Source of the DNA: Fibrobacteria bacterium
GTDB lineage: Bacteria > Fibrobacterota > Fibrobacteria > UBA5070
Reading direction: 5' to 3'
Length of the DNA stretch: 64,000 nucleotides
Assembly: GCA_020633825.1 (NCBI GenBank)
Contig: JACKCV010000003.1
Coordinates: forward strand, 241,167 to 305,166
In this document: positions 30,333 to 39,183 of the stretch, in pieces
How the letters are laid out: each line of letters opens with the position of its first letter
Numbering within the stretch: position 1 is the stretch's first letter
Translations under genes and position numbers: made by a program
Notes under the pieces: generated by a model
Told to the model about the DNA's origin: nothing
Database searches by the model: none
What the model saw: the letters and a program-made list of their open reading frames with translations, nothing else

Positions 30333-30920
30333 ATGGAACTGCTGACCGCGGCCTTCTCCCTGTCGGGTCTTCCCGCCACGGCTCTTCTTCTGCTGGTCCT
30401 CCTCTACTGGGCGGGCGTGATCGCCGGGTTGCAGGATTCCGACACCCTCGACGGGATCCTGGAATGGGACGGGCTGCTGGCCTGGCTGGGATGGCGTGGC
30501 GTACCCACCGCGGTCGGTCTTTCGGTGCATGCGCTGCTGTGGTGGACCTCCACCATGTTGGCCTGGCACTTTTTCCCCACCAAGGCCACGGGCACCGTCC
30601 TGTGGGTCTCCCTGGCCCTGTTCCCGGCGACCCTGATGGTCTCCCGGATCTTCGTTCGTCCCTTCGCTTGGCTGTTCCGGCAGTTGTCCGGAGAGGAGCG
30701 AGGGTTTTCCCGTCTGGTCACCGAGGCCGTCCTGGTGACCCCTCTCAAGGTGGGCACGATCGGTCAGGCGGAAATCGCCACCGACGGTTCCCCTCTCCTG
30801 GTGCATGTCGTGCTTGAACAAGGTTCCGACCTTCCCCGTGGCTCCCGCGTCGTCGTGGTGGCCCGGAGGCAGGACGGAGTCCACGTGGTCGTCCCCTCAT
30901 CCCTTCCGGAGATCCCCTGA
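30333..30920 (+). CDS. yqiJ: NfeD-like membrane protein (YqiJ/DUF1449-like), partner of flotillin
   Basis: 3-4 TM helices then a C-terminal OB-fold-like segment (VTPLKVGTIGQAEIATDGSPLLVHVV...RVVVVA). SD GGAGGA 8 nt upstream. 1-nt TGATG overlap with the flotillin gene. Confidence 0.6.
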   Translation: MELLTAAFSLSGLPATALLLLVLLYWAGVIAGLQDSDTLDGILEWDGLLAWLGWRGVPTAVGLSVHALLWWTSTMLAWHFFPTKATGTVLWVSLALFPATLMVSRIFVRPFAWLFRQLSGEERGFSRLVTEAVLVTPLKVGTIGQAEIATDGSPLLVHVVLEQGSDLPRGSRVVVVARRQDGVHVVVPSSLPEIP

Positions 30921-33082
30921 TGCCCGAACTCGGCTTCGTGAACCAACTCGTGGTTGCCCTCGTCCTCCTGGGACTGGTCTTCTTCACCGGCCTGGCGATC
31001 CTGATCGTCCGCTGCTACCGCAAGCCCGAGCAGGGCACCGCGATGGTGCGCAACGGGTTCGGCGGATCCAAGGTCTCCTTCTCGGGAGTCCTGGTGCTTC
31101 CCGTGCTTCACCGCATCGAGGAGATGGACATCTCCGTCAAGCGCGTCGAGATCCACCGGGCCGGGAAGGAAGGCCTCATCTGCAAGGACAACCTCCGCGC
31201 CGACATCAAGGTCGCGTTCTTCGTGCGGGTCAACAAGACTCCCGAGGACGTCCTCAAGGTGGCCCAGTCCCTGGGTTGCCAGCGCGGCTCGAGTTCGGAC
31301 GCCCTGGTGGAACTGTTCGACGCCAAGTTTTCCGAGGCCCTCAAGACCGTGGGCAAGCAGTTCAACTTCGTCGACCTCTACAACTCCCGGGAATCGTTCA
31401 AGCACGAGATCCTCCAGATCATCGGCACCGACCTCAACGGCTACGTCCTGGACGACGCCGCCATCGACTACCTCGAGCAGACCTCCCTCGACCTGCTCAA
31501 CCCCCAGAACATCCTCGACTCCGAGGGCATCAAGAAGATCACCGAGCTGACCGCGGCCCAACTCGTGCTGGCCAACCACATCCAGCGGGACAAGGAGAAG
31601 ACAATCACCCGTCAGAACGTGGAGGCCCGCGAGGCGGTGCTCGAACTGGAGAAGCAGCTCGCCGAGAAGGAAGCGCGCCAGAAGCGCGAAGTGGAGGTGA
31701 TCCAGGTCCGCGAACAGGCCGAAACCGCCCGCACCCGCGAGGAGGAGAGGTTGCGCGTGGAATCCGTGACCATCCGCACCAACGAGGAGATCGCGGTCGC
31801 CAACGAGAACATGGAGCGACAGATCCTGGTCGCCCGCAAGAACCGCGAACGGACCGAGGCGGTGGAGACCGAACGGGTGGAGAAGGATCGCCTGCTCGAG
31901 GCCAACGAACGGGAGAGGGTGGTTTCCCTGGCGCAGATCGAGAAGGAGAAGGCGCTGGAGGAGGAGAAGCGCAAGATCCAGGACGCCATCCGCCAACGCG
32001 TGGTGGTGGAACGGGCCGTTGTCGAGGAGGAGGAGAAGATCAAGGACACGCGGGTGCTGGCCGAGTCGGAACGCGTGCGCAAGGCCGCGGTCATCGACGC
32101 CGAGAAGGTCGCGCAGGTCGTGGCCGTGAAGGAAGTGCAATCGGCCAAGGCCTCGCGGGACGCGGCCACCATGGTGTCGGAGCAGATGCTCATCGAAGCC
32201 GAAGCGAGCCTTGCGGCCTCGGAGAAGCAGGCCGAGGCCAAGCGACGCCTCGCCGAGGGACAGAAAGCGGAACTTTCGGTGGCCGGACTCTCGGAAGCCC
32301 TGGTGATCGAGGCGCGCAGCCAGGCACTCGAGAAGCAAGGGGTCGCCGAGGCCGTGGTCCTGGAACGCAAGGCCGTCGCCGAAGCCAAGGGGCTCGTGGA
32401 GAAGTCCACCGCGCTCAAGGCCCAGGGGGAAGCGGAAGCCGAGGTCCTGCAGCGTAAGGCCGTCGCCGAGGCCAAGGGCCAGATGGAACTTTCCAGCGCC
32501 ACGCGGGCCCAGGGCGACGCCGAAGCCGAGGTCATGCTGAAGAAGGCCTCCGCCGAGGCCAAGGGCATCGCGCAGAAGGCGGAATCGATGAAGTCCTTCG
32601 ATCTCGCGACCCGCGACCACGAGGAATTCCGCCTTCGCCTGGAGAAGGAAAAGGCCGTCGACCTCGCCGGGATGGAGATCCAGAAGGACATCGCCCGCTC
32701 CCAGGCCGAAGTGCTCCGCGAAGGGCTCAAGTCGGCCCGCATCGAGATCATCGGCGGGGAGACGGTGTTCTTCGACAAGCTGCTCGGGGCCATGACCCAG
32801 GGCAAGGCGATCGATCGGATGGTCGCGGGGAGCGCCGTGCTCTCCGACGTCAAGGACACCTTCTTCCAGAAGGACGGCAAGCCGTTCAAGGAGAAGCTGG
32901 CGCAATTCGTCGACCAGTTCGGAATCGGCTCGGAGGACCTTCGGAACCTGTCGGTTTCGGGTCTCCTGCTGAAGATGATCGCCAAGACCGACAACCCGGG
33001 GCTGCAGAACACGCTGTCGGCCCTGCTGCAGCAGGCGGAATCCGCCAAGATCGCCGAAAAGCCCGTCCAGAAGTTCCTCTGA
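30920..33082 (+). CDS. yqiK: Flotillin-family SPFH/band-7 protein (YqiK/FloT-like)
   Basis: N-terminal TM anchor, SPFH domain, then a long Glu/Ala/Lys-rich coiled-coil with AEAKG repeats; 720 aa. Confidence 0.85.
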   Translation: MPELGFVNQLVVALVLLGLVFFTGLAILIVRCYRKPEQGTAMVRNGFGGSKVSFSGVLVLPVLHRIEEMDISVKRVEIHRAGKEGLICKDNLRADIKVAFFVRVNKTPEDVLKVAQSLGCQRGSSSDALVELFDAKFSEALKTVGKQFNFVDLYNSRESFKHEILQIIGTDLNGYVLDDAAIDYLEQTSLDLLNPQNILDSEGIKKITELTAAQLVLANHIQRDKEKTITRQNVEAREAVLELEKQLAEKEARQKREVEVIQVREQAETARTREEERLRVESVTIRTNEEIAVANENMERQILVARKNRERTEAVETERVEKDRLLEANERERVVSLAQIEKEKALEEEKRKIQDAIRQRVVVERAVVEEEEKIKDTRVLAESERVRKAAVIDAEKVAQVVAVKEVQSAKASRDAATMVSEQMLIEAEASLAASEKQAEAKRRLAEGQKAELSVAGLSEALVIEARSQALEKQGVAEAVVLERKAVAEAKGLVEKSTALKAQGEAEAEVLQRKAVAEAKGQMELSSATRAQGDAEAEVMLKKASAEAKGIAQKAESMKSFDLATRDHEEFRLRLEKEKAVDLAGMEIQKDIARSQAEVLREGLKSARIEIIGGETVFFDKLLGAMTQGKAIDRMVAGSAVLSDVKDTFFQKDGKPFKEKLAQFVDQFGIGSEDLRNLSVSGLLLKMIAKTDNPGLQNTLSALLQQAESAKIAEKPVQKFL

Positions 33083-33086
33083 GACG

Positions 33087-36000
33087 ATGGACACCTCGAC
33101 GGAGACGGTTCCCGCCCAGGGGCCGTCAGGCGGGAACTGGGATGTTCTGAAGGTTCGTCTGGGACGCCAGAGGACCGAACTCGAGGAATGGCTCGCCGGA
33201 TTCGACCGACGGCGCAAGAAGGTTTTCGGGGCCGCCGAGTGGAAGCTCGACCGGACCCTCCACGTGGCCACGGAAAGCCGATGCGTGCCCCGGGATCTCA
33301 CCCAGGTGGGCGAGACCCTCCTGCTGGGGTACAACGTCCAGTTCGGGCTCAAGACCGAGACGGTCCTCTCCGACGTCTTCTCCCTCTACGCCCGGGACGA
33401 GGAAGGCGGATACCGCGAACAACCCCTGGACCTCCTCTCCGAGCCCCGCTTCCACGAGGATTTCCGCAACCTCTACCGGTACTACCGCCAATCGCAATTC
33501 GCGCGATTCGTCCGGCAGGGGAATTTCCTGTTCATGGTGTTCCGCGTCGGATCGCTCCTCGACGATCTCAAGGCCTTCAAATGGCGCATCGGCCGGGACG
33601 GGTTGGGCTACGAAGGAGACCGCGCGGTCTCGGAGATCCAGATCCCTCCCCGGCATGGATTCGAATGGACCCGAACCCGCCGAGAACACCATCGCGAAGG
33701 CAAGCATCCGCACATTTCCATCGAGGACAAGGTCTTCGTCGAGACCATCGGCGGCGATCTGACGATCAAGGTCGAGAACAACACGGAATCGGGCCGAGGC
33801 ATCCTCAGCGAACCGGTGGAGCACCGGGACCAGACCCTCGACGACGCCGAGATCCACTATGCGGTCCTGGGCGACATCGTCACGTTGCGCATCCGCCCCT
33901 TCCAGGAAAAGGATCCGCGCCACTTCCTGTATTTCTGCAAGACCAAGCAGGCGTTCCGGGTCGACTCCCTCGCCCATTCCAGCGCCCTCCTGCCCCAGCA
34001 GCACGGCCTTCTCCTCCCCGACGGATGGGCCCTGCAATCGGGCGATCTGAGACGTTTCCAGACCGTGCGTCCCGACCTGTTCTTCGACGGACGCATGGAA
34101 TCGGGCACGGGCGAGGACCACCTGTACTCCTTCCACGACCCCGCCACGGGGGAATACACCCTCCTCTCCTACCGGCTCACCGAGCAGAGGACGGAAACCC
34201 CGATCTCCTGCCACGGCTGGTGCCTCGTCCCGTCGGGCGAATTGCTGGTCTTCCGGGCCCAGAGCGAGCCCCAGTCGAGCCACGCCCTCCAACTTTGGAA
34301 GACCCCCTTCGGAGGCCAGACGGAAAAGCCCCTGGAGGCGGACCCTTGGCTGGAGAAGATCGGGAACCAGGACCTGGTGCGGTTCCTGGCCCAAGGGCAT
34401 CGCCTGCGCAACCTGATGGGCCGCGACCCGGACTTCGCCGGTCTGTTCGGCGATCTGACGCGCGAGGCCCGCAATCTCGCCGACGCCCATTTCTGGATCA
34501 AGGACGAGGAGGCCGGCGACATCGACCGGATCCTCCGGGAGATCGGGGAGACCGCCGAAGCGGCCATCGGCGAGTACGAGAAGGTCGAGCGCAGCCGGCT
34601 TGCCGCCACCTCGACCCGACAGGAATTGGAATCACGGCTCGCCCCGGACCTCGCGGAAGCCCCGCTGTTCCCGGGACTTGCCGATTGCCTGGAGAGCCTC
34701 CACCGCCTCCGCGAAGGTCGCGGACAGACCCTGGAAGCGGCGGAGATGCCCTTCGCCGATCGCGAGGCCTGCCAACTCCTGGAAGAGCGAATCTCCGCGG
34801 CGCAGGATCGGGTGGGAGCCGCCTGCACCGGCTTGCTGCTCTCCGAGAACGCCCTCGAACCCTGGCGCCAGGGATCCGTCGCGGTTTCCGCGGCCCTCCC
34901 CGGACTGCGCATGGCCCGCGAGGCGGCCGAGCTCGACGCCCGGCTCGACCTGCAGGCTCGCCAGCTCGAACTCCTCCTGGAAACCATCGGAAGCCTCAAG
35001 GAGGTCGACGCCGTCCAATCGACGGCGATTTCCGATCGCGTCTCCCAACTGCTCGCGGAACAGAACCAGGTGCGCAGCGCCCTGCGCCAGCGTCGCACCG
35101 AGTTGGGAAGACTCGAGGGACAGGCCGAATTCGCAGCCCAGGGAAGGCTGGTCGCGCAGGCCCTCGCGAGCGCGCTCGACCTCGCCGCGACCCCAGAGGA
35201 TTGCCAATCCTCGCTGGTGCGTCTGCTGGCCCGTCTGGAGGAACTCGAGGCCCGTTTCGGGGAGGTCCCGGAATTCCTGGAGAAGCTCGCCGATCTTCGC
35301 GAGGAGATGGTCGCCTCGCTCGACGCCCGACGCGTGCAACTCCTGGAGACGCGCGGCCGTCGGTGCGCCCAGGTGACCGAATCCGGGGAACGCATCCTCA
35401 AGGGGCTCGCCCAGCGCGCCGAATCCCTCGCCGACGCGGCCGCGGTCCGCTCCTTCTTCGCCTCCGACCCGCTGGTCGACAAGGTGCGCACCCTGGCCGG
35501 CCAGCTTCGTTCCCTCGGGGATGCCGCCGCCGCCGAGGAGCTCTCCGGGAAACTCCAGACCTTGCAGGAGGATTCCCTTCGCAAGGTCCGGGACCGTGCC
35601 GAACTCCTGGTGGAGGGCGGACAGGGACTCAAGCTCGGGCGCCACGTGTTCGCGATCCAGAAGACCCGCCCCGAACTGGCGGTCTTCCCCGGCCAGGATG
35701 GCCTGGAACTCCACATCTCCGGTACCGGTTTCCGTCAGCGGATCCAGGACTCCGAAGTGGACGCCCTCCGGGACGTTTGGGATCTGGAAGGAACGGGAGA
35801 ATCCCCCCGGGCCCAACGAGGGGAAGTGCTCGCCTGGCGTCTCCTCGACCTGGCCGAACGCGAGATCCCCGGAGGCTGGAAGGCCCTGTCCCGCGAGGAC
35901 GATTCCGCCCTTTCGGCGCGGCTGCGCGTCCTCATGGAGTCCTCCGCCGTGGAGGGCTGGCAGAGGGGCGTCCACGACGAGGACGCTCTGCAGATCCTGC

Positions 36001-37961
36001 GCGCCTCCCTCGATGCCTGCTCCACCTTGGGGGCCATGCGCCATCCCGCCCCGGCCCGGGCCGCCGCGCTGGAATTCTGGAAGGCGGTCGTCGACCCGGC
36101 CTGGAAGGAACGCATCAGGACCCTCTTCGGAGCGACCGCGGATCTCCAGGGTTCCTTCCCCGTGCCTCCCCGGAAGATCGCCTCGCGCATGGCGGCACTC
36201 CTCGCCTGCGAGGGCGCCATCGGCCATTTCCTGAAATCCACCGATCACGACCCCGGCGTCTCGGCGACGGAAATCGCCGACTTCCTGGGAGACGCATTGG
36301 AATCCGCGGTGTTCCCTTGCCTGTCGGCGCGATCCCGGGAGACCTACGAAACCTGGCTGGGGCGCATGCAGGCGGCCGACGCCTTGGAGGGATTCCGCAG
36401 GAGCCTCCGCGCCCTGGATGGGCAGACGGGCCAGCAACGCCGATTGGCCCTGGACTGGTTGCGAGCCTCCTTCCCCGAAGGAGATCCGACCATCGACGAG
36501 GTGGCCGCCTACCTGTGCGTCGGGGAACCCGACGACATCCGCTGGCTCCCCGCCGAATCCCCCCGCGACATCGCGTTGCGCTCCCCCCATCCGCTCTCGC
36601 CTTCGGGAACCTTCCGTTTCCTCCACGGCGATTTCCACCGCCGCCTGCGCCAGCACCACATGGAGGTGGCCCCACGCGTCCAGGCCTACCGCCGCCGACG
36701 GCACCTGCTCCTGGAAAAGGCCCGGGAAGACCTCCCTCTGGACGGATTCCGTCCCAAGGTGCTCGCCTCGTTCGTGCGCAACCGCCTGGCCGACGAGGTG
36801 TACCTGCCGCTCGTCGGCGACAACCTCGCCAAGCAGATCGGAGCCATGGGCGGAGACAAGCGATCCGACCGCATGGGGCTCCTTCTGCTGATCTCGCCCC
36901 CGGGATACGGGAAGACCACCTTGGTGGAATACCTGTGCGACGCGCTGGGGATGCTGTTCGTCAAGATCAACGGCCCGTCCCTCGGGCGATCCACCACGGG
37001 GATCGATCCCGCCCAGGCGCGCGACGGCGCTGCTCGACAGGAATTGGAACGCCTGTCCCTGGCGCTGGAGATGGGCGACAACGTCCTGATCCTGATCGAC
37101 GACATCCAGCATTGCCATCCCGAATTCCTCCAGAAATTCATCTCGCTGTGCGACGGCCAGAGACGCATGGACGGCACCTACAAGGGCAAGGCTCGCACCT
37201 GGGACCTCCGCGGCAGGCGGGTGGCGGTGGTGATGGCGGGAAATCCCTACACCGAAAGCGGCGAAGCCTTCCGCGTTCCCGACATGCTGGCCAACCGCGC
37301 CGACACGTTCAATCTGGGCGATCTGGCGGGAACCCACGCGGGGGCCTTCCGGGACAGCTACCTGGAGAATTGCCTGATGGTCAATTCCCTGCTCGCCCGC
37401 CTGTTCGGCCGCCACCGCAAGGATTTCGCCCTCTTCCTGCGCAACCTGGCCTCCCCCGGCGAGACGGAGGAAGCCTACGAAGGGAACCATTCCGCCACGG
37501 ATCTCGAGGAAGCCGAACGGGTGGTCCGCCACCTCATGCGCATCCGCGACGCGGTGCTGGCCGTGAATCGCGCCTACATCGCCTCCGCCTCGGCTCCCGA
37601 GGAGTACCGCACCGAGCCGCCGTTCAAGCTCCAGGGGTCGTACCGCAACATGAACAAACTCGCCGAGAAGGTCTCCTCGATCATGACCGACGAGGAAGTG
37701 ACCACCCTGCTCCTCGACCACTACCAGTCCGAAGCGCAATCCCTGGCCCGCGAATCCGAGATCAGCCTCCTGCAGGTTCGTCGACTGCTCGGATCCCCTC
37801 TACCCGGCGACGAGGCCCGCTGGGGGGAGATCATGGAAACATGGAGTCGGCGCAAAGGTGGGAAAGGCGGAGCCGGAGCCCAGGCCCTGGCCGAGATCTC
37901 CGGCTTGCGGAAGGCCGTGGAGAAGGTGGGTTCGATGCTGGTCCGTCCCCCTTCCGTTTGA
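33087..37961 (+). CDS. Giant (1624 aa) AAA+ ATPase: uncharacterised N-terminal ~1260 aa plus MoxR/AAA_5-like ATPase core near the C-terminus
   Basis: Walker A LLLISPPGYGKTTL (aa ~1270), Walker B VLILIDDIQH, sensor region AGNPYTES...RADTF. Starts 4 nt after the flotillin stop. Resembles large bacterial proteins annotated as DNA-repair ATPase (DUF3686-like); this is from memory, not searched. Confidence 0.75.
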   Translation: MDTSTETVPAQGPSGGNWDVLKVRLGRQRTELEEWLAGFDRRRKKVFGAAEWKLDRTLHVATESRCVPRDLTQVGETLLLGYNVQFGLKTETVLSDVFSLYARDEEGGYREQPLDLLSEPRFHEDFRNLYRYYRQSQFARFVRQGNFLFMVFRVGSLLDDLKAFKWRIGRDGLGYEGDRAVSEIQIPPRHGFEWTRTRREHHREGKHPHISIEDKVFVETIGGDLTIKVENNTESGRGILSEPVEHRDQTLDDAEIHYAVLGDIVTLRIRPFQEKDPRHFLYFCKTKQAFRVDSLAHSSALLPQQHGLLLPDGWALQSGDLRRFQTVRPDLFFDGRMESGTGEDHLYSFHDPATGEYTLLSYRLTEQRTETPISCHGWCLVPSGELLVFRAQSEPQSSHALQLWKTPFGGQTEKPLEADPWLEKIGNQDLVRFLAQGHRLRNLMGRDPDFAGLFGDLTREARNLADAHFWIKDEEAGDIDRILREIGETAEAAIGEYEKVERSRLAATSTRQELESRLAPDLAEAPLFPGLADCLESLHRLREGRGQTLEAAEMPFADREACQLLEERISAAQDRVGAACTGLLLSENALEPWRQGSVAVSAALPGLRMAREAAELDARLDLQARQLELLLETIGSLKEVDAVQSTAISDRVSQLLAEQNQVRSALRQRRTELGRLEGQAEFAAQGRLVAQALASALDLAATPEDCQSSLVRLLARLEELEARFGEVPEFLEKLADLREEMVASLDARRVQLLETRGRRCAQVTESGERILKGLAQRAESLADAAAVRSFFASDPLVDKVRTLAGQLRSLGDAAAAEELSGKLQTLQEDSLRKVRDRAELLVEGGQGLKLGRHVFAIQKTRPELAVFPGQDGLELHISGTGFRQRIQDSEVDALRDVWDLEGTGESPRAQRGEVLAWRLLDLAEREIPGGWKALSREDDSALSARLRVLMESSAVEGWQRGVHDEDALQILRASLDACSTLGAMRHPAPARAAALEFWKAVVDPAWKERIRTLFGATADLQGSFPVPPRKIASRMAALLACEGAIGHFLKSTDHDPGVSATEIADFLGDALESAVFPCLSARSRETYETWLGRMQAADALEGFRRSLRALDGQTGQQRRLALDWLRASFPEGDPTIDEVAAYLCVGEPDDIRWLPAESPRDIALRSPHPLSPSGTFRFLHGDFHRRLRQHHMEVAPRVQAYRRRRHLLLEKAREDLPLDGFRPKVLASFVRNRLADEVYLPLVGDNLAKQIGAMGGDKRSDRMGLLLLISPPGYGKTTLVEYLCDALGMLFVKINGPSLGRSTTGIDPAQARDGAARQELERLSLALEMGDNVLILIDDIQHCHPEFLQKFISLCDGQRRMDGTYKGKARTWDLRGRRVAVVMAGNPYTESGEAFRVPDMLANRADTFNLGDLAGTHAGAFRDSYLENCLMVNSLLARLFGRHRKDFALFLRNLASPGETEEAYEGNHSATDLEEAERVVRHLMRIRDAVLAVNRAYIASASAPEEYRTEPPFKLQGSYRNMNKLAEKVSSIMTDEEVTTLLLDHYQSEAQSLARESEISLLQVRRLLGSPLPGDEARWGEIMETWSRRKGGKGGAGAQALAEISGLRKAVEKVGSMLVRPPSV

Positions 37962-38004
37962 GGAATCCCACCTCCCCGGGCTGCTCGGCCGGTGAGGTGG
38001 TGCC

Positions 38005-38526
38005 CTACCAGGGTCCGAAGCTGCGTCGCAGGGAATCGGATTGGATCACGGACGCCTGGAGGATCCTCGGATCGACCCGAGGAGAATCCGTGTTCTTCCA
38101 GACCACGTGCCCGTCGCGCCCGTAGAATACGGCCTTCCGGCGCTCCGCACCGGGGATGTCCCCCGTCTCCAGGTACTTCACCACGGCCCCTTCCCGGAAG
38201 TAGTAGGTGAAGACGCTCGTCCAGGTCTCGTGACCGACGAGGATCCGGATCCGGGCGAGCGTGGTCCCCCGGAAACAGCTTTCGAGGCGAGGCGGGACGC
38301 CTTCGGAGAGCCCCGACTCCTCGGTGGTCGTGCAACGCAATTCCTCCCCTCGGGCCAGGCTGTCCACTCCGGCGGCGAATTCGTTGATCGCCGCCAGGGA
38401 ATCTCCCTGGGACGCATCCACCGGCTGCGAAACGACCGGGCAGGCGCACGTCAGGGCCGAAGCGAAGAGTAGCGGTTTCGGGATGGACCTTCCCCCTCCG
38501 GACCGGAGGGTGCCGAGGGACGTCAC
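38005..38526 (-). CDS. Hypothetical protein with a hydrophobic N-terminal segment
   Basis: C-terminal 170 aa of ORF 38005..38934 have normal composition (..AAINEFAAGVDSLARGEEL...VKYLETGD...). Start uncertain: GTG 38526, or a non-canonical codon after the GGAGGGGGAAGG SD. Confidence 0.35.
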   Translation of the reverse strand: MTSLGTLRSGGGRSIPKPLLFASALTCACPVVSQPVDASQGDSLAAINEFAAGVDSLARGEELRCTTTEESGLSEGVPPRLESCFRGTTLARIRILVGHETWTSVFTYYFREGAVVKYLETGDIPGAERRKAVFYGRDGHVVWKNTDSPRVDPRILQASVIQSDSLRRSFGPW

Positions 38527-38533
38527 GTTCCGG

Positions 38534-39088
38534 TCAGCGTGCCGCCAAGGAACGCATCCTGAGGATTTCGGCGCCGCGGAAATTCGCACCCGCGTACAGA
38601 CTGTCCCCCATGCGCAACGAATCGACCATGCTGGCATCCTTGCTCGCCAGGACCAACCCGGCGGAGTCCAGGGCCACCAGCTGGAACTCCGCGCTCTCCG
38701 GCAAGGGGCGTTTTCCGACTCCGGAGATCGCGAGATTGATGCGGAACTCGCCCTTGAAGAAATCCGGCAGACCGATGGAGGCCCCGCCAAAGGAGACGGG
38801 GAGCGAATCTTCGCTGGCACCCACGGGAAGCGGGAGACGTTTCCCCTTGCCTCCGAGGAGCACCAGCATGCGCGCCTTGGCCGAATCGACGATGGCGACC
38901 TCCTGCTTCCCCAACTCCACGGCCTCCGCCGCATCGGTGGCGGAGGCTTTCTTCGCGGACGTCTCGGCCAGCTCCTTCTCGGCTTGGACCCCGATCGAGA
39001 GCAACTGCTCCACAGGCCCCTTCGGGGCTTCCTTTTCGCATCCGGTCAGCACGACGAGAGCTCCGAGAACGACGATGATTCTGCGCAT
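38534..39088 (-). CDS. Putative lipoprotein, unknown function
   Basis: MRRIIVVLGALVVLTGC lipobox. Ala/Lys/Glu-rich mature part, not Arg/Pro-biased like the overlapping 371-aa ORF. Confidence 0.5.
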   Translation of the reverse strand: MRRIIVVLGALVVLTGCEKEAPKGPVEQLLSIGVQAEKELAETSAKKASATDAAEAVELGKQEVAIVDSAKARMLVLLGGKGKRLPLPVGASEDSLPVSFGGASIGLPDFFKGEFRINLAISGVGKRPLPESAEFQLVALDSAGLVLASKDASMVDSLRMGDSLYAGANFRGAEILRMRSLAAR

Positions 39089-39183
39089 GGGGATTCTCCA
39101 GGTCGCCACGGCACGGGTGGCGGACACGATGGGTCAAATCTGCATTCCCCTGGCGCGGTCCACAGCCGGGTGTTGCACCGCGA

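Noticed and set aside
33188-38125. 1645-aa plus ORF and 1035-aa minus ORF (34632..37739)
   Set aside because: Alternative and antisense frames of the giant ATPase gene; P/R/G-rich with no motifs.
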